From contig JAVJQW010000018.1 in NCBI GenBank assembly GCA_040218735.1, forward strand, positions 1 to 64,000: a DNA stretch of 64,000 nt, in the 5' to 3' direction. Shown one piece after another: positions 35,184 through 44,400 of this stretch. The stretch's first letter is position 1, and every line of letters starts with the position of its first letter. Under the pieces are notes generated by a model that did not search any database, had not been told where the DNA came from, and saw only the letters and a list, made by a program, of their open reading frames with translations. Both the position numbers and the translations under genes were made by a program. The stretch is from Deltaproteobacteria bacterium (lineage in GTDB: Bacteria > Myxococcota > Kuafuiibacteriia > Kuafuiibacteriales > Kuafuiibacteriaceae).

Positions 35184-36482
35184 TCATCGACGACGCACGA
35201 GCTTGGCCGCGAAGAAGCCGTCTGGACGCCCTTCGTGATGCGGGCCGGTCCTGAGAACCTGTTCGATATCGAAGCGGTCTTCGAGCGCGGCGAGGTGCGC
35301 CTCGCCTTCGGCTCGCGTCACGGTACACACGGAGTACACGAGCACGCCGCCCACCCGAACGCGCTCCGCGCCGGCCGCGAGCACTTCGTCCTGGGTCTCG
35401 GTGAGTCCCGCGATGTCGGCGTCTGTCAGACGCCAACGAATTTCGGGGTGGCGGCGGAGCGTCCCGAGCCCCGAGCAGGGCGCGTCGACGAGCACACGAT
35501 CGAACGTCTCGTCCGGGAGCACCTTCTGAATCTCAATGGACTCGAGTCCGAGGCGTTTCGCGGAGGTTGCGACCCGAGCGAGGCGGTTGGGGTGCCGGTC
35601 GTGCGCGACCACGTGCCCCGTGTCGTCCATGCGCTCGGCGATGTGTGTCGTCTTTCCGCCGGGTGCGGCGCAGACGTCGAGGATGCGCTCGTTGGGCTGT
35701 GGATCGAGCAACATGACGACGCGCATCGACGCCTCGTCCTGAGGCGTGGCGCGACCCTCGCGGACACACAGGAGCTCCGCTGGCAGGACACCCCCGGCGG
35801 TCGAGTAGACGGCGCCGTCCACGACGCCGAGCTGACCGTGAATTTCGTTCGCGATCGCTTCCGCCGAGGTTCGGCGCTGATTCGCACGAAGCGTGAGCGG
35901 TGCCTCGTCCAGGGACGCGAGCGCAAAAGCGAGCGCTTCCTCGTCGCCGAGGTCCTTCACCAAACGCGAGCTGATTCCTTTCGGCAGCCCGCCGCAGACG
36001 GCCACATGTCCCACCGGGTCTCGCGATCGGTCGGGGACCTCGGGCAGGCGAGCGTCCGCCGGCGCCCGCGCGAGTTTGCGGAGCACCGCGTTCACGAAGC
36101 CACCGCCCTTGGGGCCGCGGCGTCGCTTGGCTTGATCCACCGCCGCCTGCACCACGGCGTGGTCCGGCACGCGGTCGAGGTACATCAGCTGGTACGCGCC
36201 GATCCGAAGCACGTCGATCAGCTTGGGGTCGACGTCCTTGGTCCGTTTGTCCGCGACGTGCCCGATCGCGAGGTCGAGGAACCCGCGGCGCCGGAGCACC
36301 CCGTAGACGATCTCCGTCGCGAGGCCGCGGTCCGCGGGGGACAGCGAGCGCTGCTCGAAGGCATTTCGCAGCGCCGTCGAGGCGAACGCGTTCTGCGTAA
36401 ATACGCGGAACAACACATCGAGCGCCACGTCGCGCGCGGTCCACGTCCGCGGCGTTCCGCGTTTGGGCTGAGTTTTCGACAT
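35184..36482 (-). CDS. rsmB: 16S rRNA m5C967 methyltransferase RsmB/Sun (NusB-like domain + MTase)
   Basis: 'ATEIVYGVLR', 'FVNAVLR', 'QDEAS', 'DVCAAPGGKT', 'DAPCSG', 'YSVCT'. Confidence 0.92.
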   Translation of the reverse strand: MSKTQPKRGTPRTWTARDVALDVLFRVFTQNAFASTALRNAFEQRSLSPADRGLATEIVYGVLRRRGFLDLAIGHVADKRTKDVDPKLIDVLRIGAYQLMYLDRVPDHAVVQAAVDQAKRRRGPKGGGFVNAVLRKLARAPADARLPEVPDRSRDPVGHVAVCGGLPKGISSRLVKDLGDEEALAFALASLDEAPLTLRANQRRTSAEAIANEIHGQLGVVDGAVYSTAGGVLPAELLCVREGRATPQDEASMRVVMLLDPQPNERILDVCAAPGGKTTHIAERMDDTGHVVAHDRHPNRLARVATSAKRLGLESIEIQKVLPDETFDRVLVDAPCSGLGTLRRHPEIRWRLTDADIAGLTETQDEVLAAGAERVRVGGVLVYSVCTVTRAEGEAHLAALEDRFDIEQVLRTGPHHEGRPDGFFAAKLVRRR

Positions 36483-36588
36483 CGCCAGGGAGGGTTTCGG
36501 TGCGCCCGGCGTAGGAATGGTCGAGCGGAGGGATGTCCGTCAACCCGAGTTCGGGGCGAAGGACGACCAGCCGGAAGGGAATCGACGA

Positions 36589-37137
36589 ATGGTGGCAGTG
36601 CTCGAATCGCAGGCTAGCGGGGGGGACCCGAAGGACGCACGTCGCAGCGCCGCGCAAGCGGCGGACGTGTTGGCGATGGCGCGGGCGGCGCTCGACGGTG
36701 TCGAACGCGCGCTCCGCAGCGCACCCGAGGTCCAGGCGAGCCGGGTGATGTCGCGCTGGCCGCTGTCGCTCGAAGACCTCCTGCTGGAGCTGGAACCCAC
36801 GGCCGACCAGACGACGCTTCGGGAGCTGGCGCCTCGTCTGGGGGTGTCCGTGGGGCAGGTTCGATCGACCGCGCTGCGCCTTCAGCGCATGGGGATGGTG
36901 AAGGTGACCGCGGACGGCGTCGCGATGACGTCGGCGGGGCGGTCGAAGATGGCGCGCTTGGACGCGGCGCGGTCGGCCGTCCTGCGTCGCCTGGCGGAGC
37001 GGCTCGAGCCGCTGTCGTCGGGTGATTCCGATCAGCTCCTCGCGCTGCTCGTCGACCTGGTGGGTGGGATCGACCGGTTCGTCAACGAGCAGACACGCGG
37101 GGGCCCGACGATCGAAGGGTTGCGTCTGTCGCGTTAG
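36589..37137 (+). CDS. MarR-like winged-helix regulator
   Basis: HTH '[29 protein letters not shown]' and wing 'VAMTSAGR'. Confidence 0.65.
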   Translation: MVAVLESQASGGDPKDARRSAAQAADVLAMARAALDGVERALRSAPEVQASRVMSRWPLSLEDLLLELEPTADQTTLRELAPRLGVSVGQVRSTALRLQRMGMVKVTADGVAMTSAGRSKMARLDAARSAVLRRLAERLEPLSSGDSDQLLALLVDLVGGIDRFVNEQTRGGPTIEGLRLSR

Positions 37138-37154
37138 CGCGATTTGGTCCCGCG

Positions 37155-37838
37155 GTGGCCCCCGCGCGACCGATTCAGATTGCACCCTCGATCCTTTCGG
37201 CCGACTTCGGCCGCCTCGCGGAGGAGATCCGCGCGGTGGACGAGGCGGGCGCCGACCAGATCCACGTCGACGTCATGGACGGGATGTACGTCCCGAACAT
37301 CACTATCGGCCCGCTGATCGTGAAGGCCGCGCGCAAGGCCACGAAGAAGCCGCTCGACGTGCACCTCATGATCGTCGAGCCCGAGCGCTACGTCGAAGAC
37401 TTCATCGAGGCCGGCGCGGACACCGTCACGGTCCACGCTGAGGCCGCGACGCACCTGCACCGCGTCATTCAGCAGATCAAAGGGGCGGGCGCGCGCGCGG
37501 GGGTGTCGCTGAACCCGAGCACGCCGCCGGACGTCCTCGACTACGTGCTCGGCGACCTCGACCTCGTCCTCGTGATGAGCGTCAACCCAGGTTTCGGCGG
37601 GCAGTCGTTCATCCCCGCCGTCGTGCCGAAGATCGCCGCCATCCGCGAGCGCCTCGAGGCCCGCGGCCGCGCCGGTGAGGTCGACATCGAGGTCGACGGC
37701 GGCATCAAGCCCGCCACGGCCCCGGCGGTCGTCGAAGCGGGCGCCAACCTGCTCGTCGCGGGCTCCGCGGTCTTCAATCAGCCCGACTATCGCGCCGCGA
37801 TCGAGGGCATCCGCAACGCGGGGCACCAAAGGCATTGA
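37155..37838 (+). CDS. rpe: Ribulose-phosphate 3-epimerase
   Basis: '[10 protein letters not shown]', 'HVDVMDG', 'DVHLM', '[10 protein letters not shown]', 'EVDGG', 'VAGSA'. Confidence 0.97.
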   Translation: MAPARPIQIAPSILSADFGRLAEEIRAVDEAGADQIHVDVMDGMYVPNITIGPLIVKAARKATKKPLDVHLMIVEPERYVEDFIEAGADTVTVHAEAATHLHRVIQQIKGAGARAGVSLNPSTPPDVLDYVLGDLDLVLVMSVNPGFGGQSFIPAVVPKIAAIRERLEARGRAGEVDIEVDGGIKPATAPAVVEAGANLLVAGSAVFNQPDYRAAIEGIRNAGHQRH

Positions 37839-37864
37839 CAGCCGGCCCCACCGAAGCATAAACG
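37835..37864 (+). promoter_or_regulatory. Possible sigma70 promoter for tRNA-Pro
   Basis: Perfect TTGACA at 37835-37840; weak -10 (TAAACG) 18 bp downstream. Confidence 0.4.
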
Positions 37865-37927
37865 CTTGCTTCCGCGACGGGAGGTCGGCCCAACGGCCAT
37901 CGCTCCGCCGCGAAAAAATCGACCTTA

Positions 37928-38002
37928 CGGGGTGTAGCTCAGCTTGGTCAGAGCGCTTGGTTCGGGATCAAGAGGTCGGAAGTTCAAATCTTCTCACCCC
38001 GA
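37928..38002 (+). tRNA. tRNA-Pro (anticodon CGG), CCA not encoded
   Basis: Acceptor stem CGGGGTG/CACCCCG, D-arm AGCTCAGCTTGGTCAGAGC, anticodon arm CTTGG-TTCGGGA-TCAAG, T-loop TTCAAAT; followed by CTA rather than CCA. Confidence 0.96.
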
Positions 38003-38006
38003 CTAG

Positions 38007-38050
38007 AAGGGCCCGAGAACACTGGTTGTTCTCGGGCCTTTCGCTTTTCT
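38007..38050. terminator. Intrinsic terminator hairpin between tRNA-Pro and the convergent retron RT
   Basis: 12-bp stem GGCCCGAGAACA-ctggt-TGTTCTCGGGCC (38010-38038) followed by TTTCGCTTTTCT; AGAA on the other flank suggests it may act on both strands. Confidence 0.82.
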
Positions 38051-38058
38051 CGGGCGCC

Positions 38059-39342
38059 CTAATCGTCGAGCTTCGCGAGCCGGTCCAGGAACGCGCGGCC
38101 CTTCTTCGGGTCCGTCATGTACACGTACGCGGCCATCCCGCGGAGCTCCGACACCGACTCCTTGGCGCCGCGCCCCAACTCCAGGTTCTTGATCGCCGCA
38201 CGGAGGTTTCGGACCGTCCGGCGGGGCACGCGCGCTTTGATCTCATGATCGTCGTTCACCACCAGGCCCGTGATCTGCTGCCGGCGCCCGCGCCGTAGCA
38301 CGCGCGTCTTCTTCCGGTTCACCCAGAAGCCCTCGTCACGCACGATGCCGCCGACCACCTTGAGGAGCGGTCCTATCGGCGCGTCGTCCTTCTTCCCGTG
38401 CCACGAGAACGTCAGGTCGTCCGCGTAGCGCGTGTAACGAAAGCCGAAGCTCTTCACCAACGCGCTGATGCGCGCGTCGAGGCGCAGGCAGATCGCGTTC
38501 GTGATCGACGGGCTCGTCGGCGCGCCCTGCGGGAGCGACCGCGCGCCCGTCGCCACGTAGTACGTCTTGCCCTTCATCTCGATCGTCTCGCGCGGTGACT
38601 CCGTCACCAACAACGCGAGGATCGTCGCGACCTGCTCGCCGTAACCCGCCTTGCGCAAGAGCCCCTTCACCCGCGGCGTGGTGATCGTCGGGTAGAAGTC
38701 CGACAGATCGATCTTCACCACGATCTCCGCCCCCGCGTGCACGCGCGCGTTGGTCACCGTGCTGCGCCCCGGCAGGAACCCGTGCGCCGCGCCGTGCACC
38801 GGGAGGTGCTCCGTGATCTTCTGCGCGATCCAGTGCTGCACGCGTTTCAGCTCCGGCTTCGGCGCGGAGATCAAACGCTGCCCACCCGTGCGCTTCGGCA
38901 CCGTCCACCGGTGGTAGTGCGTCCCGCGTTCGACCTCGCGGTGGTACGCCAACCAGCGCAGCCGCGGGATCGTCACGTCCAACGCCTTCGCCAACGCCGT
39001 CACGTCCGCGAGGTCCGGCAGGTCGTTCTCCCGGCGGCGCGCCTCGGCATCTTCGATGTCGAACTTGTCGACGTCCGCGGTGTCGTGATGGAAGACGCCG
39101 ACGCCCACGTGCACCAGGTGCGCCCCGCGGTACGCCGACCACGCGTGACGCTTCAGCGTCTTCCGCACCCGCCGCTCTTCTTCGCGCCGCGCCTTGTACT
39201 GCTTCTTCTCCGCGTCCGAGAGCGTGGACGTGTCGCGGTTGTCGATCAGGTCGCGGCGCATCAGCTCGGCGTGGACCCAGGCGTCCACGCCGCCTTCGGC
39301 CGCGATGACGTCCCAGGCGGGGAGGGCGTTCGGTTCGGTCAT
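38059..39342 (-). CDS. ret: Retron-type reverse transcriptase (myxobacterial msDNA type)
   Basis: 'KRTGGQRLISAP', 'AAHGF', region X 'NARVH' (NAxxH), 'LPQGAPTSP', catalytic 'YADD', region Y 'QITGLVVN'; charged N-terminal extension. Confidence 0.96.
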   Translation of the reverse strand: MTEPNALPAWDVIAAEGGVDAWVHAELMRRDLIDNRDTSTLSDAEKKQYKARREEERRVRKTLKRHAWSAYRGAHLVHVGVGVFHHDTADVDKFDIEDAEARRRENDLPDLADVTALAKALDVTIPRLRWLAYHREVERGTHYHRWTVPKRTGGQRLISAPKPELKRVQHWIAQKITEHLPVHGAAHGFLPGRSTVTNARVHAGAEIVVKIDLSDFYPTITTPRVKGLLRKAGYGEQVATILALLVTESPRETIEMKGKTYYVATGARSLPQGAPTSPSITNAICLRLDARISALVKSFGFRYTRYADDLTFSWHGKKDDAPIGPLLKVVGGIVRDEGFWVNRKKTRVLRRGRRQQITGLVVNDDHEIKARVPRRTVRNLRAAIKNLELGRGAKESVSELRGMAAYVYMTDPKKGRAFLDRLAKLDD

Positions 39343-39369
39343 GCCGTCGTCGGTCTTCGTCGTCGTCTC

Positions 39370-39653
39370 TTCAGAACTGTCGTCAACGAGGTGGGGAAGC
39401 CGTAACTCGCTACTTCCTTACTCGGGACACGGTAGGCTCACCGGTTTGGCCCCCGGAGGGGGTACTATCGACTGGGCCTGAACGACGGATGCGTGGTTGG
39501 CCCAGCTAGGCCCGTCGATAGTACCCCCTCCGGGGAGCCAAACCACGCATAGCCTACCTTGTGGTGAATGCCGAACGATTGAGCTCGGACGGCGCTACGC
39601 CGCCCTGAAGCTAACAAGGCCGACTTCCCCACCTCGGTGGCGACAGTTCTGAA
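39370..39653 (-). ncRNA. msr-msd: Retron msr-msd non-coding RNA
   Basis: 30-bp inverted repeats 39370-39399 / 39624-39653 with 2 mismatches; UUAGC branch site (G at 39611); two small msr hairpins; msd hairpin 39431-39558 with a perfect 22-bp core; directly upstream of the RT. Confidence 0.92.
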
Positions 39654-39687
39654 TCTCGAAACTACTTCGAAGGACCTCCCCCTTTCC

Positions 39688-41496
39688 TCACCCCGACTCC
39701 GCCGACGTCGAGTCGATGTAGCCGCGTTCCGCGAGGCCGTCGAGCCTCGCGAAGTACTCTTCTTTCGCTTCCTCGGCCGAGCCGAAGAACAACCGATGCA
39801 TCCGCATCGCGTCCAACGCTCGACCCCACCGCAAGACGACTTGCCGGTCGTCGAGCGAGATTCGGTAGGTCGTCGAGCCGTCACGTTCGCGGCGGATCAA
39901 CGTCCGCGTCTCCGCGCGGATCAACTTACGACCCTCTTCCGTGTTGCGCGCCGCTTCGAGCTCCGCGCGTTTGCGGGCGTACGCGAGGCGCAGCGCGATC
40001 ATCGGCACCGTCGGACCTTCGCGCAACCCCGCGCGACGGAACTGCGGGCTCGTGCAGGTCGCGTCGACGGTGCGCCCCTCGCGGTCCAGCGTGAACGACG
40101 TCGAGTAGACGCGGTGTGCCTTCTCGTCCGCGACCGTCCCTTCGATCCGCATCCCCTCCGCGCCGAGGTCGTGCAGCTTCGTGATCTCCACCTGGCCGGG
40201 TGTCTGTAGCAGCCGGTGCGCCTCGGCTTCGCCCGCGTCGCGGTAACGCACGTGCTCGCGGTCGATCGCATCCGAGAACAACGCCCGCGCGCGGAACACC
40301 GCGGCGGGGACGTCGTGCACCACCCGGCCCCGCTCGATCTCCGCGAGGAGCGCCTGCCGGATCGCGTTCGTGCTGCGCCCGAGCTCGGACGCGAGCGCCG
40401 TGATCGACGCCGGCCCGTGACCGAGCCGCTGCAACACCCGCGGCGCGAGCAAGTCGTCCGTCGTACCCGCCGCGAGCAGGTCGAACGTCGCGATCCCCGC
40501 CCATCCGCTGTCGACCCAGCCCGACAACGACAACGTCAGCTGCGCGTCGCCGAGATCGACCACGTAGGTCGCCGGCAGCCCTGCGCCGAGGACCCGCACT
40601 TGGACCTTCTTCGCGTGCGGCAACACCCGCGCGAGCGCCATCAACCGCTTGCGCCCCCACGTCCGCAGGATGATCGGACGGTCGCCTTCGTACGGCCCCG
40701 CGGTCCCCGTGAACACGAGGTCCCACGGCTCGAGCACCAGACGCGGCGCCTCACCCGGGACCAGCTCGTAGCGCAACGCCCGCGGCGACGTGCGCGCGCG
40801 CTGACGCTTGAGCGTGAGGAGCACGTTGTAGAGATCGACCGGCGCGAGCTCGAACGTCGACGCCGGGAGCGTCGACGCCGCCTGCACCTGACCGAACGCA
40901 CGAATCCAGCGGTACGGCACGGCGATCTCACGGTCCTCGCCGCTCGCGCCGGGCCGCACGGTCAGCGAAGTGGTGCGGTACGAACGAATGCGGGCGATCG
41001 ACTCCAGCGCCGCCGCCGTCAGGTTCAGGTTCGTGGTCCCCGATTGGAACGAAGGCGCCGAGAACGCTTCGCGCGCGAGGAACAACCGCGCGTACGAAGA
41101 CTCGTCGCGGGAGAACACTTCGAGCGCGACGCCGTCCTCCGTGACGTGCAGGATCGGATCGAGCGGCGCCGCGACCTCCTCCTGCTCGCCGTACTTCGCA
41201 TCGAGGTAGGCCTTCTGGGCGTTCCACAGCTCGTTCGACGCCGCCTTCCCCTTCGTCGCGAGGTACGCGAGATAGTCCGACCGATCCTGCGCCTTGAACC
41301 GAAGGTCGCTCGCCAACACGTCGCCCACGCCGAGCAACGCATCACGCGCAACCTCCGGCCGCACCAGCTCACCCGACACCGACGGGCCCGCGCGCATCGC
41401 GTCGGTCGAGAGCATGACGTCGAGTCGATCGCCATCGACGGTCGGTGCGACGGGCGCGTCGTAGCGAACGACGACGCGTTTGGTCTCGGCGCTCAT
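39688..41496 (-). CDS. Retron-associated protein: wHTH + degenerate SWIM + C-terminal WGR-like domain
   Basis: SWIM-like 'DATCTSPQFRRAGLREGPTVPMIALR'; WGR-like 'VVLRWGR...FGSAEEAKEEY...AERGY'; ATGA-coupled to the upstream gene. Confidence 0.75.
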   Translation of the reverse strand: MSAETKRVVVRYDAPVAPTVDGDRLDVMLSTDAMRAGPSVSGELVRPEVARDALLGVGDVLASDLRFKAQDRSDYLAYLATKGKAASNELWNAQKAYLDAKYGEQEEVAAPLDPILHVTEDGVALEVFSRDESSYARLFLAREAFSAPSFQSGTTNLNLTAAALESIARIRSYRTTSLTVRPGASGEDREIAVPYRWIRAFGQVQAASTLPASTFELAPVDLYNVLLTLKRQRARTSPRALRYELVPGEAPRLVLEPWDLVFTGTAGPYEGDRPIILRTWGRKRLMALARVLPHAKKVQVRVLGAGLPATYVVDLGDAQLTLSLSGWVDSGWAGIATFDLLAAGTTDDLLAPRVLQRLGHGPASITALASELGRSTNAIRQALLAEIERGRVVHDVPAAVFRARALFSDAIDREHVRYRDAGEAEAHRLLQTPGQVEITKLHDLGAEGMRIEGTVADEKAHRVYSTSFTLDREGRTVDATCTSPQFRRAGLREGPTVPMIALRLAYARKRAELEAARNTEEGRKLIRAETRTLIRRERDGSTTYRISLDDRQVVLRWGRALDAMRMHRLFFGSAEEAKEEYFARLDGLAERGYIDSTSAESG

Positions 41497-44400
41497 GTCC
41501 GGGCCTCCCGTTGCTGCTGCCGCTGCGCGCGGCGCAACGCCTTGAAGGTCGCGGCGCGGACGGCGTCCGGCTCACCCTCGGTGTCGAGGATCGACTGCAG
41601 CGCGTTCGCCGCCGCGTCCGTCCCGACACGACCGAGCGCGTAGATCGCGGAGAGACGCGCGGCGGACTCCCCGGACCCCGCCGCCGTCGCGACGAGCGCA
41701 TCCACGCGCCGATCCCCGACCGCGGAGAACAGCGCGATCGGCCGCTCGTCGGACGCGAGCACCGCCGTCGCGTCGGCGTCGAGCGCCGCGCTTACCATCG
41801 GGCCCACCGCGCCCGGATCCGGCACGGCGGTCTCGCGGAGAATCGCGGGCGCGGCCGCAGCGTCGAGCGCGACGATGGTCGCAGCAGCCGCCGCGCGCAC
41901 CGAAGCGTCGGACGCGGACAGCGCCGGCTTCAAACGCGCCACGTCGCCGGCGCTCCCCACCGCTGCGATGAGTCGGAGCGCCTCCACCCGCACGTCGGCC
42001 GGCGCATCCTCCGAGGTGATCGCTCGATACGCCGCCGCGCTCGCGTCGGCCTTCAGGCGCGCCGCCGCCCACATCGCGGCGTGCCACGCGCGGTGGTCCT
42101 TCTCTCGCTCCGAACGCTCCAGCGCTCCGAGGACGTCCGGGCCGAGCGCGAGGTTGCCGGCGGCGCCCGCGAGGAACGCAGCCTCGGCGCGGGCGTGGCC
42201 GTCGTCGCTCGCGAGGAGCGCACGCAGCTCTTCGGACGGCGCGAGGCCGCGCCGTGCGAGGCCGAGCCGCAAACGTCGACGCACTTCGCGATCTTCGATT
42301 GCCGCGATGCGCGAAACGAGGGTCGCGGCGTCGCCGCCCTTCGCGAGGAACGCCGCCGCCGGCGCGCTGACGTCCGAGTGTTGGCTGTCGAGCGCGTGCA
42401 GCGCGACGCGCGTCGGGTCGTCCGCGAAGGTCTTCGTGAGCGCCGCGAGGGCCTTCCGTCGCACCGCCCGATCGGGATCACCGAGTGCGTCCGCGAGCAC
42501 CAGCTCGGACGCGGCCGGTGCGAGGACGATCAGCTGATCGATCGCGAAGCGTCGCAGGTTCAGATCGTCGTAGCGGTCCGCGACGATGCGTTCGATCTGC
42601 TCGCGGCTCGCGTCGTCGCCCGCCCGTCGCAGCCCGGTGATCGTCTGGCGGCGAACGTCCGCCGTCCCCTCACGCGCGAGGCGCACCACCGTGGAACGGA
42701 TCTCTCGCCGCCGCTCTTCATCGACGATCCGCGGCACCATCGACGCGAGCGCCTCGGCCGCGAAGGGCACGAGCGCAAGGTCCGCTTCCTCGAGCTCTGC
42801 GCTCGGATCCACGAACGCGATCAGCTCATCGACGGCGCGGTCGTCTCCGAGCACGCCGAGCCCGAGCATCGCCTGCTGTCGCTCATGCGGCAGTCCGGCC
42901 TTCAGCACCAGCAGCAACGGCCGGAACGCCTCGACGCGGCCGCGCACCGCGAGGCCGACCGCCGCGGGGAGCACCAGCTCGCGTCGGCCGGCGGCGATCG
43001 CGCGCTCCAACGCGGCGATCGAAGCACCTTCGATGTGCTCGGCGCGGAACGCGATCGACTCGGCGGCGGCGACGCGCACGTCTGCGTCGCGGTCGTCGAT
43101 CAGCTTGGCGAGGGTCACCTCCGCGTCCGCGTCCTCGACCGCGTTCAACAGCGTCGCCGCGGCGATACGCAGCTCGGGGCGAATGCTCGCCGCCGCGACG
43201 CCCGCGTACCGAATCGCGAGCGCGTCGTGGTAGCGCAGGCGTGCGCCGCCGTCGGTGATCGGGACGCTGGGCCGCGACGTGTCGCGCGCGATCGCGACGA
43301 GCGCTTCCCACCCCGTGTCGCCGAGCGCGGTGTCCTCGTCCGCGAGGATCGCGAAGAGTGTGTCGGACGCCGCGTCACTCCCGATGCGGCCGAGCGCCCG
43401 GACGATAGCGCGGCGGTCCGCGGTGGCGTCGGGGTCGTCTTCGAGGCGGCCGGTGAGGGCGGTCGCCGCCGTCGCCGCATGTTCGTTTGCGGCCGACGCC
43501 AACGTCACCAGCCCGTCGATCGCGCGCGAGGCGGTGCGTTCGTCGTCGCTCCGCAGGAACCCGGCGAAGACGTCGGCGGTGCGGGGGTCGCCACGACGCG
43601 CCAGGCTGCGCGCCGCCTGCATTCGCAGATCTTCGTGGTCACTCTCCAGCGCGCGCCCGAGCGCGGCGCGGATGCGTGCCTCGTGGTCGTCGGCGTTGGG
43701 CAGCGCGGCGAGGCGGTCCACAACGAGTCGTCGCACGTCGGCGAACGGGCTCTCGAGGGCGATGAACCAAGGCTCGAGGCTACCCTCCTCGAACAATCGA
43801 GGCAGCCGCGACAGCGCGTGGGCGCGCGCATCACGGCTCTTCGCCGCAAGCGTGCGCGGCGCGAGCTCGCGCGCGGCGGCGTCGCCCTCCAGCGCTCGCT
43901 CGATCACGAGATCCACCGCCGTGCGTCCCACATCGTCCGCCGACGAATCGAGCGAAAGCAGCAGAGGTGTGATCGGGTCTTCGGGGTACAGCTCGGTCAG
44001 CGCCGTCTGCGCGCGGCGCCGCACGAGGTGGTGCGGATCCGACAACGCCCGGCGGACGATCGGCAGCACGGCGTCGCGTCCCACGGACGCCAGCGACGAC
44101 AGCGCGACGAGCCGCGCGACGCTGTCGCGGCGAACGCGGTGGGTCTCGTCGGCTTCGCCCTCGGGCGGCGCCTGACGGACGAGCCCGGCGTAGGTGCCGA
44201 ACAGCACCTCGTCGACCGGCCCCGGCTTGGCTTCGCCGCGGGCGAACAGGCGACGCAGCCAACCCTTCTTGGTTCGGGTGCGCGACTCGTCTTCCCAGTT
44301 CGTGTGCGGGCGCGCGCCACCGCCGGGTCTCGCGAGCCGACGCGCTTCACGCCAGTAGCCCTTCGGCGTCGCGCGGAGCTCCAACACACGCGCGGCGGCG

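Noticed and set aside
38059-39342. RT as group II intron, DGR or CRISPR-associated RT
   Set aside because: Has retron-specific NAxxH and (V/I)TG regions and an adjacent msr/msd; no maturase/En domain, TR/VR pair or cas1.
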